IMG/VR virus record: IMGVR_UViG_2802429227_000005
Location: 1 to 16,099 of that record
Length of the DNA: 16,099 bases
Source: a virus
Lineage: Duplodnaviria; Heunggongvirae; Uroviricota; Caudoviricetes
Strand: one strand, 5' to 3'
The notes beneath the pieces are model-generated. The model was not told where the DNA came from. It made no database searches and saw only the letters and a program-made list of their open reading frames with translations. Positions 1 through 7,169 of this stretch are shown here, piece by piece. Position numbers and translations under genes: made by a program. Positions within the stretch are counted from its first letter, which is position 1, and each line of letters starts with the position of its first letter.

Positions 1-192
1 TCAGGAGCATTTCTGATTAACGCCACCGTTAAGAATCCACCCTTCAACAGCTTCACGAAGGTATGATTTGGGGTGGGTTCTGACTGGCTTCGGAAATCCG
101 TGCCGTTTGGTATAGTTCCAGATTGTCTGACGTGATGAAACACCGAGCTTGTTCATCACTTCTTTCTCAGGAATCAGGCTGGTATCGGTCAT
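1..192 (-). CDS. xis: Excisionase-like / AlpA-family small HTH DNA-binding protein (63 aa)
   Basis: Complete ORF in the six-frame track; small basic protein with an HTH-like core (LGVSSRQTIWNYTKRHGFPKP) typical of AlpA/Xis-type excisionases; sits at the left edge where an int-xis module is expected in a lambdoid prophage. Confidence 0.5.
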   Translation of the reverse strand: MTDTSLIPEKEVMNKLGVSSRQTIWNYTKRHGFPKPVRTHPKSYLREAVEGWILNGGVNQKCS

Positions 193-204
193 CTTAATTC
201 TCCA

Positions 205-232
205 GGCAAAAATAAACCGCCATATAGCGGCT
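205..232 (-). terminator. Rho-independent terminator candidate (short GC stem CCGC/GCGG followed by TTTATTTTT on the minus strand)
   Basis: Plus strand reads aaaaataaaccgccatatagcggc; on the minus strand this is a hairpin followed by a U-tract, downstream of the 293..508 ORF. The stem is short. Confidence 0.45.
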
Positions 233-292
233 CTATCAGATATGAACAGGCCTCATCGAGTGTGAGGCAGTGTGATTTCTTTATTTCCACTC

Positions 293-508
293 TTAATGTT
301 TGTCAGTGAATGGTTTCTCCATCTCCATTAATGCCTTATTCATCTCATTTCGTAACTCTATAGCCATCCTGACGGCTTCAACTTGTGCAGGATGTCGGTT
401 AATTGCTGGAGAATATCGTCGGGAGCGAAGGATTGAGAAAACAAAGATAATGCAAGCAACTATCTGAATTGCATTGCATGTTATTGATACAATGTTAATT
501 GCAGCCAT
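293..508 (-). CDS. Hypothetical small protein (71 aa), hydrophobic N-terminus, possible membrane protein
   Basis: ORF in the six-frame track; N-terminal hydrophobic stretch (IVSITCNAIQIVACIIFVFSIL); flanked by terminators on both sides. Confidence 0.4.
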   Translation of the reverse strand: MAAINIVSITCNAIQIVACIIFVFSILRSRRYSPAINRHPAQVEAVRMAIELRNEMNKALMEMEKPFTDKH

Positions 509-516
509 CTACTACC

Positions 517-540
517 CCCAAAAAAACCGCCATCAGGCGG
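517..540 (-). terminator. Rho-independent terminator (stem CCGCC/GGCGG, loop TGAT, then T7 on the minus strand)
   Basis: Plus strand aaaaaaaccgccatcaggcgg; perfect 5-bp GC stem plus U-tract on the minus strand; the stop codon of the 533..700 ORF lies in the loop. Confidence 0.6.
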
Positions 541-700
541 CTTGGTGTTCTTTCAGTTCTTCAATTCGAATATTGGTTACTTCTGCATGTGCTATCTGCG
601 CCCATATCATCCAGTGGTTATAGCAGTCATTGATATCCTCTGCTTCGATAACTCTGTCGAATGGCTCTCCATTCCATTCACCTGTGACTCGAAAGTGCAT
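533..700 (-). CDS. Hypothetical small protein (55 aa; below the ORF-track size cutoff)
   Basis: Manual translation of the minus strand: MHFRVTGEWNGEPFDRVIEAEDINDCYNHWMIWAQIAHAEVTNIRIEELKEHQAA; GGAG Shine-Dalgarno about 8 nt upstream of the ATG; ends inside a terminator hairpin. Confidence 0.4.
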   Translation of the reverse strand: MHFRVTGEWNGEPFDRVIEAEDINDCYNHWMIWAQIAHAEVTNIRIEELKEHQAA

Positions 701-740
701 TTATCATCTCCATAAAACAAAACCCGCCGTAGCGAGTTCA

Positions 741-768
741 GATAAAAGAAATCCCCGCGAGTGCGAGG
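741..768 (-). terminator. Rho-independent terminator candidate downstream of the 789..1088 ORF
   Basis: Minus strand reads CCTCGC-ACTC-GCGGGG (6-bp stem with one G-U pair) followed by ATTTCTTTTATC. Confidence 0.45.
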
Positions 769-788
769 ATAGTTACTTGTTCATATTA

Positions 789-1088
789 TTAATCGTCAAT
801 GTATTTTGAGCATTGTGGGCAATCATCAATCCCACAATACGATTCATATGCATCCTTTATTGCGTCGCGGGCTTCAGTAAGAGTATTGAATAAGTTGCAG
901 CTATTATCTTTTTGATATAGGTAAGTTCCTAATTTATAAGCAGAAGAAGCATCATTTCCGCTGTCTAAAATTACATCGTTATGGATTCTGCACCTTGCAA
1001 GAACTCCTGATCCCATAAGGGTCTGCATAGCCCATTGCTCTTGATCTTCACACAAATCATGAATGCTCATTTCAACACCTCTCTTCAC
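789..1088 (-). CDS. Hypothetical protein (99 aa), Cys-rich C-terminus (CGIDDCPQC)
   Basis: ORF in the six-frame track; preceded (1089..1184) by a markedly AT-rich intergenic stretch and followed by a terminator, i.e. it looks like an independent moron-like unit. Confidence 0.5.
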   Translation of the reverse strand: MKRGVEMSIHDLCEDQEQWAMQTLMGSGVLARCRIHNDVILDSGNDASSAYKLGTYLYQKDNSCNLFNTLTEARDAIKDAYESYCGIDDCPQCSKYIDD

Positions 1089-1184
1089 GTTTCACACACG
1101 TTAAGATTAACAGTGTTTTTACATGCTTTGGAAGATTTATTTTATAAAAACTCTTTTAATACAAATAGATATAATAGTTCACTA

Positions 1185-2009
1185 TTATAGCTCCTTTAAT
1201 CGAGGCGGTTCTGGTAGTGGCATCCAGTGTGACGGCTCACATACCCCCTCAACACCATTCATGTAAAAGAATTGAAATAACCCTTTACCTTTGTGAAACC
1301 CTACCATCTGCTCTTTTGTGTCTGAGCAATAAACCAAAACATCTTCTTCGTTCGGCATTCGCTCACTACAGCTTATCCAACCATCCGGAGTTACCGGATA
1401 GTTGCCATTCACAAGGTCAGATCGAACATATAGCGTGTCATCATGGTGCTGATTGTGGCTGCACCACGTTAATTCGCTTAACTCGCCATCTTCTGGCCAT
1501 ACTCCAGCCGTTTGCAGCCAGATATGGGCTGGCGCATCTTGGCAAGGTGTATTAACTGGCAACTTGTAAGTTTGGCTTACAGGTTCGGCACCATGAAGCA
1601 TGGCGTCGCTCCGCTCTATGCCATCCAGCGCGATTCGCAGTGCATGAATTGTGGTAGAGCTATCGTTTGGGGCTATTCCATATCGCTCGAATACAGCTAA
1701 ATGGTTGCGCATAATCTCAGGCGTAAGCTCTTTGTAAGCATAAGCAAGAGGCTCTGATGCATTATCCTGCACAACCGACGCAGGCGCGGCAGCATAAACA
1801 GGAATAACGTCCGCTTGCTCTTTATTGCTTTCATCCGTTAAAGCCCAGAATAATTTTCCAGCCGGATGTTTGAAAATATAAGCAACTGGTTCTGCTTCCA
1901 GCGATGCCAGTGCAATTCGTGCCAGTTCCATTTGTTCGCCACGGGTAAGCCCGTTTTCAAGCGGATTTTTAATGAACAATTCAATACGTTCTTTGGTAAT
2001 AGAATTCAT
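1185..2009 (-). CDS. Phage protein with a DUF551-like C-terminal domain (274 aa)
   Basis: C-terminal motif ...CEPSHWMPLPEPP matches the W-x-PLPEPP signature I recall for DUF551 prophage proteins; last gene of a translationally coupled leftward operon. Confidence 0.6.
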   Translation of the reverse strand: MNSITKERIELFIKNPLENGLTRGEQMELARIALASLEAEPVAYIFKHPAGKLFWALTDESNKEQADVIPVYAAAPASVVQDNASEPLAYAYKELTPEIMRNHLAVFERYGIAPNDSSTTIHALRIALDGIERSDAMLHGAEPVSQTYKLPVNTPCQDAPAHIWLQTAGVWPEDGELSELTWCSHNQHHDDTLYVRSDLVNGNYPVTPDGWISCSERMPNEEDVLVYCSDTKEQMVGFHKGKGLFQFFYMNGVEGVCEPSHWMPLPEPPRLKEL

Positions 2010-2010
2010 G

Positions 2011-2202
2011 CTATTTCACCTTAATCTCAACATTTCGCAGCTTTAGCTCTACTGGCAGGTCTGACTTTCCTGTTAATGCTAATGCGAGATTTTCTGGGGT
2101 AATGAGAGCAGTTATTGCTTTCCCCATTGCCAGACGAATAATTATTCGTATTTCGCGATCGTCACATGCTCCTGGTCGAACGATTGATATTTGTCCGTCC
2201 AT
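2011..2202 (-). CDS. Hypothetical small protein (63 aa)
   Basis: ORF in the six-frame track; its start is 1 nt from the upstream gene's end and its end 1 nt from the next gene's start, suggesting coupling. Confidence 0.45.
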   Translation of the reverse strand: MDGQISIVRPGACDDREIRIIIRLAMGKAITALITPENLALALTGKSDLPVELKLRNVEIKVK

Positions 2203-2203
2203 C

Positions 2204-2953
2204 TCACTCTCCTTTGATGCGAATGCCAGCGGCGCGGATTGCAGCGATGACCTCAGAAACTTTGTATGCCATTAGCGTTTGGTAATCCTCGTGAAAATCT
2301 GTTCGATGAAGCATGCTGCTACGTTCTGGGAGCGATATTTCCCGAGCATCCAGTTCCTTAACGCGTTCCTCCAGTTCGTAGACCCTGCATTGTTCTCTAT
2401 CATCAATCAGATATAACCCAAGACATTCGCTTTCTACCCAACCGCCAAAATCATGATCGTAACGCTCACATGAAAACTCACCGTCACCGTCCTTTGTTGG
2501 AATGGTGTAACTATCTAATGGGCCACCATATGTCGGCACATTTCCCAATGTTGGATGCTCAATCCACATGAAAAATGCACGTCCGGTTATTGGGCAAATA
2601 TCTGGCCGCCATTGGTTACGAACAGCCTTGGTTTCGGATAATTCTTCAGCGTGTTGTTTTACTTCCTCAAGCTCAACTCTCAGCTTCCCTACCGTTAGCG
2701 CAATATCCTCGTTCTCCTGATCGCGGCGTTTTATGTATTGCTGGTTTCTTTCCCGTTCATCCAGCAGCGCCAGCACGGTTTCTGGCCCTGCCAGAAGCTT
2801 GAAGGCGTTGAGCGCATCAATATCCACACCGTAATCTTTAAGTTCCTGTTCACTTAACAAATCATCATCAACTGGCAACATTAACAGGCGTTCCATTGCT
2901 GGAATTGCACGTTCCGCCGCCTCACGCAGTGCCTGGTAATTAATTTCGCTCAC
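2204..2953 (-). CDS. Hypothetical early-left (ea-region) protein, 249 aa, acidic coiled-coil-like N-terminus
   Basis: Long ORF with stop/start overlap to neighbours (2950..2953); position matches the ea/b2-type region of lambdoid phages; no family recognised with certainty. Confidence 0.55.
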   Translation of the reverse strand: MSEINYQALREAAERAIPAMERLLMLPVDDDLLSEQELKDYGVDIDALNAFKLLAGPETVLALLDERERNQQYIKRRDQENEDIALTVGKLRVELEEVKQHAEELSETKAVRNQWRPDICPITGRAFFMWIEHPTLGNVPTYGGPLDSYTIPTKDGDGEFSCERYDHDFGGWVESECLGLYLIDDREQCRVYELEERVKELDAREISLPERSSMLHRTDFHEDYQTLMAYKVSEVIAAIRAAGIRIKGE

Positions 2954-3450
2954 TGGTTGCCTCCTTTGCGAAGCTGGTCGGCGAACAAACGTACACCAGA
3001 CGCTTCACTGCGTAGAAACTTAACGGCATAATCAAAACCACCTCGTTCTGCGTCGTCTGCTGCGTTGTCGAGGTTATCTGCGTACATCTCTACCCCCTGC
3101 GCCCGTACTTCAGCCAGGAAAGCATCGGTGGCTGGGGTGTCTGATTGCAGAGACTTTGCGCGATAGTCATTCCACCCTCTTGCATACATGGGATTAACTT
3201 GCACTCCATCTTTTACGCAATATGCCTGCCCTCCACGGTTGATAACCTCAATTTCGCCCATAGCGCCAGACTTCAGCCCCGCATTCTCCGCCGCCAGCTC
3301 CGCGCACTTGGCCTCCGCTTCAGCAAATTTACGCACCAGATATTCAGCGTTTGTTTCGTTAACCTTTAGATCTCGTGGGATGCATTTACCTTTCAGAAAA
3401 CCATCCATCTCAATTAGTGACATTTGTTTCATTTCTTGCCACTCCGCCAC
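2950..3450 (-). CDS. Hypothetical early-left protein (166 aa from the GTG at 3450, or 160 aa from the ATG at 3432)
   Basis: ORF in the six-frame track; the start is ambiguous between GTG 3450 and an in-frame ATG at 3432 with GGAG upstream; overlaps the stop of the 3429..3593 small ORF. Confidence 0.5.
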   Translation of the reverse strand: MAEWQEMKQMSLIEMDGFLKGKCIPRDLKVNETNAEYLVRKFAEAEAKCAELAAENAGLKSGAMGEIEVINRGGQAYCVKDGVQVNPMYARGWNDYRAKSLQSDTPATDAFLAEVRAQGVEMYADNLDNAADDAERGGFDYAVKFLRSEASGVRLFADQLRKGGNQ

Positions 3451-3593
3451 ATCGCATTCAGATATTTGTTTTGATTCACTGAAGGAAAAGAATTTCTCTT
3501 AAGCAATTCCTCTCTCGATGGCATTGGCTTTACGCGTTGGCGAATAATCATTTCTGCCGGAAGAATGCCGGGATTGTATGCAAGTCCTCTCAT
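3429..3593 (-). CDS. Hypothetical small protein (54 aa; below the ORF-track cutoff)
   Basis: Manual translation: [54 protein letters not shown]; GAGGA Shine-Dalgarno 7 nt upstream of the ATG; fills the gap between flanking genes. Confidence 0.3.
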   Translation of the reverse strand: MRGLAYNPGILPAEMIIRQRVKPMPSREELLKRNSFPSVNQNKYLNAMWRSGKK

Positions 3594-3609
3594 GGTAAAT
3601 TCCTCTTTG

Positions 3610-3924
3610 TTAATTTATTCGTATGCCTGCTCTTTCTTCATCGAGTTTTTTTAGCTTGTATCGCATAGCTCTTACTGAATAAATTGAGCGGCAGGTTGCA
3701 ATTGCTATTTCTTCTGCGGAGAACTTACCGAAAAGTGATACTTCGGCTCTTGTCCAGCGTCTTCCACGAAGTCGGCTAACAATGTCAGCGCCAATCCTTG
3801 TTGCTTTCGCCATTACTGCTTTTTCAGTCCTTCCCAGTTTTTCAGCGATAACTTCAACTGGCATTGTTGTCGCTACTTCGCGCAAGAAATCGACTTCCCA
3901 TTTCTCCCATGGAGTCTTTTTCAT
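3610..3924 (-). CDS. Hypothetical protein (104 aa) with two tandem W-x3-E...L repeats, possibly HTH/Myb-like DNA binding
   Basis: Internal repeat visible in the translation ([32 protein letters not shown] and [31 protein letters not shown]); immediately downstream of the Gp157-like gene. Confidence 0.5.
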   Translation of the reverse strand: MKKTPWEKWEVDFLREVATTMPVEVIAEKLGRTEKAVMAKATRIGADIVSRLRGRRWTRAEVSLFGKFSAEEIAIATCRSIYSVRAMRYKLKKLDEERAGIRIN

Positions 3925-3935
3925 AGGCGATACCG

Positions 3936-4424
3936 TTATTTGATAAGAAGTGAAGGTTTCCCAACTTTGAGTTGAGCGCCGGGGATATTTATTCCTGCTT
4001 TTAGTTGGTGTTTGATTGCCAGTTTGTCGGCTTTTATTGTTGTTTCAAACTCAACGTATTCTGGAGGAAGGGCGCTTGAGTCGATGATTTCTACAATTTC
4101 TGACGGTTTGCGGATTGTTACCTGGTGAATACCTGCTCGAATATTTTTCTTGCCAAACATTTCAAGCGATGACGCTATATATGATTTGATGCTGTCAATC
4201 TTATTTTGAATTACTGCAGCTCGCTCATTCAGTGACTTTGCCTCTTCCTTGAGGCGTTCGGCATAACCAGATTCATTTTTAATGACGGAAAGAAGTTGCT
4301 CTATTTTATCGGTAAATTCTCCTTCCATGCCTTCTATTGTGTCAGCAATCATCTCTGGTTCTAAATCTGAATCCATCAATTTTGCGTATTCATTGGCAAT
4401 TTCATACAGTTTGCTCACTGGCAA
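3936..4424 (-). CDS. Siphovirus Gp157-like protein (162 aa), recombination-associated partner often found next to RecT/Erf
   Basis: Coiled-coil N-terminus (LYEIANEYAKLMDSDLEPEMIADTIEGMEGEFTDKIEQL...) resembles the Gp157 family as I recall it; sits directly downstream of recT, overlapping its end. Confidence 0.5.
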   Translation of the reverse strand: MPVSKLYEIANEYAKLMDSDLEPEMIADTIEGMEGEFTDKIEQLLSVIKNESGYAERLKEEAKSLNERAAVIQNKIDSIKSYIASSLEMFGKKNIRAGIHQVTIRKPSEIVEIIDSSALPPEYVEFETTIKADKLAIKHQLKAGINIPGAQLKVGKPSLLIK

Positions 4425-5304
4425 CCTCCAGTTTCGCTTTGCATTCTATGTAAATGGCTTGTACGTTCTGCTGCAATTTCATTCCAGATGTCAGGCGATA
4501 TGCTTCTGCAAAATATCGCTTCAAATCATCCATGTTTTCTGCCTGAGCCATTTCATCACAAAGAAGTTGTGCTTTATCCATTATTTCCTGCTGGCGTTTC
4601 CGTTCATCTTCGCGGATATCTTCCTCTGATTTGTGCGGCATAACTGGTTCCTGATGCATACCTTCATCTTCGTTAAGCAGGTGAATGGCATTATCCAGTC
4701 GCTGGGCTTTAGGCCAGTATTTGCTGGCGCGTTTAACTATTGTTTTACGCGCCATCTCTTCCCAGAATGTTTTCCACGGTCCATTCTTTGCCTTGCTCGT
4801 TGCTTCCACAGCTTTAATTTCTGCCAGACTCATTTCTTCAGTCAGGTAGTCACCATCTGCTGTTTTAACCGTGCAATAACCACCAACAATAGAGCCTCGC
4901 TCACCAAATGCGTTGTATTTGTGGGTTGGTGCTGAATCAAGGCCATTTGATTCATAGGTGTCGTTTGAGTACACCAGTTTGCATTGCCCCCACTTAATTG
5001 ATCCTGTCGACTGTGCAAGGTGAAGTAATCCCATATAGCTGATATCAAGGCACACCATGCCGTCGCGCGGAACCAGATAAGCAAGTTTGCTGGCTGGGTT
5101 TAAGGTGATGCCGATCGCCGCAACATTGATGATGGCGTTCTGTGCGCTGGTTGGATTTGCCAGTGCCGTTTTAGCCAGGTAATCATTTTTCTGGAAATAC
5201 TGAATTGCAAACTGGCTTTCCTTAGCCCATGTCACCGTCTGTTCAGTCAATGCTCCGCAGAATAACTGCTCTTGCTGTTTAACGAATTCAACGATATTGC
5301 TCAT
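4402..5304 (-). CDS. recT: RecT-family single-strand annealing protein (300 aa)
   Basis: Motif NGPWKTFWEEMARKTIVKRASKYWP matches the conserved RecT core (E. coli RecT NGPWVTHWEEMAKKTAIRRLFKYLP); in the bet position of the early-left operon. Confidence 0.85.
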   Translation of the reverse strand: MSNIVEFVKQQEQLFCGALTEQTVTWAKESQFAIQYFQKNDYLAKTALANPTSAQNAIINVAAIGITLNPASKLAYLVPRDGMVCLDISYMGLLHLAQSTGSIKWGQCKLVYSNDTYESNGLDSAPTHKYNAFGERGSIVGGYCTVKTADGDYLTEEMSLAEIKAVEATSKAKNGPWKTFWEEMARKTIVKRASKYWPKAQRLDNAIHLLNEDEGMHQEPVMPHKSEEDIREDERKRQQEIMDKAQLLCDEMAQAENMDDLKRYFAEAYRLTSGMKLQQNVQAIYIECKAKLEVASEQTV

Positions 5305-5612
5305 GCTGCTTCTCCAAAAATGTGTCTGCGTTTGAATATTGCGAAGGCATATTCAGCCTTAACTCTTTCGGTTATTGCATCCCAGAACCATTCAGCGGCT
5401 TTTTCCTGATAGTTACAGTCATCATCTTCCAGCCAGTCGATAGCGTCCTTAGTGTGTTCATCTGGTTTATATGAGCGAAGCATTTCGCTTATTGGGTCGC
5501 AACGTTTGCAGAGGCGATCAACTTCACTGTTGATTCGTTCGTAATCTTCATCAGTAAAACTTGCGATTATTTGCGATATTTCACGCTTATCATTCAGAGT
5601 CAGAATCATCAT
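5301..5612 (-). CDS. Hypothetical acidic protein (103 aa) in the gam/arf position upstream of recT
   Basis: ORF with an AGGAG Shine-Dalgarno; ATGA stop/start overlap with recT; no resemblance to lambda Gam that I can see. Confidence 0.5.
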   Translation of the reverse strand: MMILTLNDKREISQIIASFTDEDYERINSEVDRLCKRCDPISEMLRSYKPDEHTKDAIDWLEDDDCNYQEKAAEWFWDAITERVKAEYAFAIFKRRHIFGEAA

Positions 5613-5693
5613 CTTTCTCCTGTTCTTTGTGCTGATTGAGCATTTTGTTCATCTGACGAATGAATTCTTCGTCTGACCAGTTATCTGTAAAAC

Positions 5694-5846
5694 TCATTTC
5701 CTGCGATACCACGGAAGGTTGATAGCTGATTTCATCGCTTTATTTGCTTCAAGCCACATTTTGGAATCACCAATAAATCTGGCTATTACTGCTTTGTTCT
5801 GTGCAGCACGAAGCATCTGGTGATTAATGGCTATTTCATTGCGCAT
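5694..5846 (-). CDS. Small hypothetical protein (50 aa) in the kil position
   Basis: Manual translation: MRNEIAINHQMLRAAQNKAVIARFIGDSKMWLEANKAMKSAINLPWYRRK; start overlaps the 3' end of the CIII-like gene; between cIII-like and the recombination genes as kil is in lambda. Confidence 0.3.
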   Translation of the reverse strand: MRNEIAINHQMLRAAQNKAVIARFIGDSKMWLEANKAMKSAINLPWYRRK

Positions 5847-5965
5847 AACGCCTCCAGTTGTTTCTTTGCTGCTCTGATTAATTGTTTAACTCGGCGTGAT
5901 AATTCAGATTCGTGCGGGTAGAAAGCGGACATGACGCCGCTACCCGCGAGCTGAAAGTGCATCAT
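5831..5965 (-). CDS. cIII: CIII-like protein (44 aa; putative FtsH inhibitor that would stabilise CII)
   Basis: Translation MMHFQLAGSGVMSAFYPHESELSRRVKQLIRAAKKQLEALCAMK aligns in pattern with lambda CIII (...AGWPVAGCPSESLLERITRKLRDGWKRL...); GGAG 6 nt upstream of the ATG-ATG. The ORF-track entry 5831..6070 has a longer, probably spurious N-terminal extension. Confidence 0.5.
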   Translation of the reverse strand: MMHFQLAGSGVMSAFYPHESELSRRVKQLIRAAKKQLEALCAMK

Positions 5966-6025
5966 GGGTAACTCCTTATATTTGATTGCATAACGAAAAC
6001 GCCTCGAGTGAAGCGTTATTGGTAT

Positions 6026-6055
6026 GCATATAAAAAGGCCCTCACATTGGAGGGC
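6026..6055 (-). terminator. Rho-independent terminator candidate in the PL operon (between ral and cIII-like)
   Basis: Minus strand GCCCTC-CAATGT-GAGGGC (6-bp stem) followed by CTTTTTATAT. Confidence 0.5.
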
Positions 6056-6191
6056 AAAGAAGATTTCCAATAATCAGAACAAGTCGGCTCCTGTTTAGTT
6101 ACGAGCGACATTGCTCCGTGTATTCACTCGTTGGAATGAATACACAGTGCAGTGTTTATTCTGTTGTTTATGCCAAAAATAAAGGCCACCA

Positions 6192-6392
6192 TCAGGCAGC
6201 CTTGTTATTCTGTTTACCAAGTTCTCTGGCAATCATTGCCGTAGTTCGTATTGCCCATTTATCGACATATTTCCCATCCTCCATTACAGGAAACATTTCT
6301 TCAGGCTTAACCATGCATTCCGATTGCAGCTTGCATCAATTGCATCGCTTGAATTGTCCACACCATTGATTTTTATCAATAGTCGTAGTCAT
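6192..6392 (-). pseudogene. ral: ral-like restriction-alleviation gene interrupted by an in-frame TGA at codon 19 (6336..6338)
   Basis: Minus-strand frame reads MTTTIDKNQWCGQFKRCN-TGA-CKLQSECMVKPEEMFPVMEDGKYVDKWAIRTTAMIARELGKQNNKAA: 66 codons in one frame with a single internal stop. The family assignment is from memory of lambda Ral. Confidence 0.5.
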
Positions 6393-6462
6393 ACGGATAG
6401 TCCTGGTATTGTTCCATCACATCCTGAGGATGCTCTTCGAACTCTTCAAATTCTTCTTCCAT
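6376..6462 (-). CDS. Very small acidic ORF (28 aa), orf28-like, overlapping the ral start
   Basis: Manual translation MEEEFEEFEEHPQDVMEQYQDYPYDYDY; AAGGTGA Shine-Dalgarno 5 nt upstream; its stop overlaps the ral ATG (6390..6392); position matches the small ORF between sieB/N and ral in lambda. Confidence 0.4.
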   Translation of the reverse strand: MEEEFEEFEEHPQDVMEQYQDYPYDYDY

Positions 6463-6608
6463 ATATCACCTTAAATAGTGGATTGCGGTAGTAAAGATTG
6501 TGCCTGTCTTTTAACCACATCAGGCTCGGTGGTTCTCGTGTACCCCTACAGCGAGAAATCGGATAAACTCTATTCACCCCCTACAGAGAGAATGATGGAG
6601 ATTCACCG

Positions 6609-7148
6609 ATGAGTAACTGGTGGCAGGAACTATTACGTTTCTTCCTGCGTGGTCTTACGCTACAACAGTTAATTCATATGCTTATTATTTTAATTGCCTT
6701 GATAATAATCACCCCTGCATCAATTAAAGAGTGGGTAGATATAAGGAACCCAGAAATACTTCCAGATCACTGGATGTATTACGCAATGCTTTTGTGTATC
6801 AGTTATGTTCTGAACAGGGTGATGGAGTTTATATTTCTGGCATCTTCAGACAGATATAAAAAATATCTCAGTAAGAGAGATGAGGCTAAAGTAATTGTGG
6901 AGACTGAGCGCCTGTTCAATTCTCTGAGTATTCAGGAAAAAGAGGTTTTAGCATTTGCTGTTATGGCAAATAACAAAATCGTACTTAAGCACGGCGATCC
7001 GGTCGCTTTATCTCTTATGAGAAAAGGCCTTCTCCATCGCTCAGGTGTGACTTACAGCGCGTCAGGTAAAGAGAAATTTGTTATACCTGACGTCTGGTTC
7101 CATGAGTGTTATATGCGCTTTGCTGGTAAAGCTGATGAGCTAATTTAG
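6609..7148 (+). CDS. sieB: Superinfection-exclusion protein B-like membrane protein (179 aa)
   Basis: N-terminal transmembrane segment (LIHMLIILIALIIITPA); rightward gene embedded in the leftward PL operon and ending 21 bp from the 3' end of N, as sieB does in lambda. Assignment is positional and topological, not by sequence identity. Confidence 0.45.
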   Translation: MSNWWQELLRFFLRGLTLQQLIHMLIILIALIIITPASIKEWVDIRNPEILPDHWMYYAMLLCISYVLNRVMEFIFLASSDRYKKYLSKRDEAKVIVETERLFNSLSIQEKEVLAFAVMANNKIVLKHGDPVALSLMRKGLLHRSGVTYSASGKEKFVIPDVWFHECYMRFAGKADELI

Positions 7149-7169
7149 TTCCTCGACGGCGGGGGATCG

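Noticed and set aside
1217-1700. Plus-strand ORFs 1217..1555 and 1512..1700
   Set aside because: They lie antisense within the DUF551-like gene, have no Shine-Dalgarno and have low-complexity His/Cys/Leu-rich translations typical of shadow ORFs.
2575-2802. Plus-strand ORF 2575..2802 (75 aa)
   Set aside because: Entirely antisense to the 249-aa early-left gene; no ribosome-binding site; shadow ORF.
3145-3502. Plus-strand ORFs 3145..3369 and 3188..3502
   Set aside because: Antisense to the 166-aa gene; Ser/Pro/Leu-rich, overlapping each other; shadow ORFs.
4282-5084. ORFs 4282..4629, 4633..4935 (plus) and 4842..5084 (minus, other frame)
   Set aside because: All lie inside the well-supported recT and Gp157-like genes, antisense or in an alternative frame, with Cys/Phe-rich composition.
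5966-6070. N-terminal extension of ORF 5831..6070 (79 aa)
   Set aside because: The upstream 35 codons are hydrophobic with no ribosome-binding site, whereas the internal ATG-ATG at 5960..5965 has a GGAG Shine-Dalgarno and yields a CIII-like 44-aa protein.
6118-6369. Plus-strand ORF 6118..6369 (83 aa)
   Set aside because: Antisense to the ral-like gene and its terminator; the minus-strand reading gives a recognisable Ral-like protein instead.
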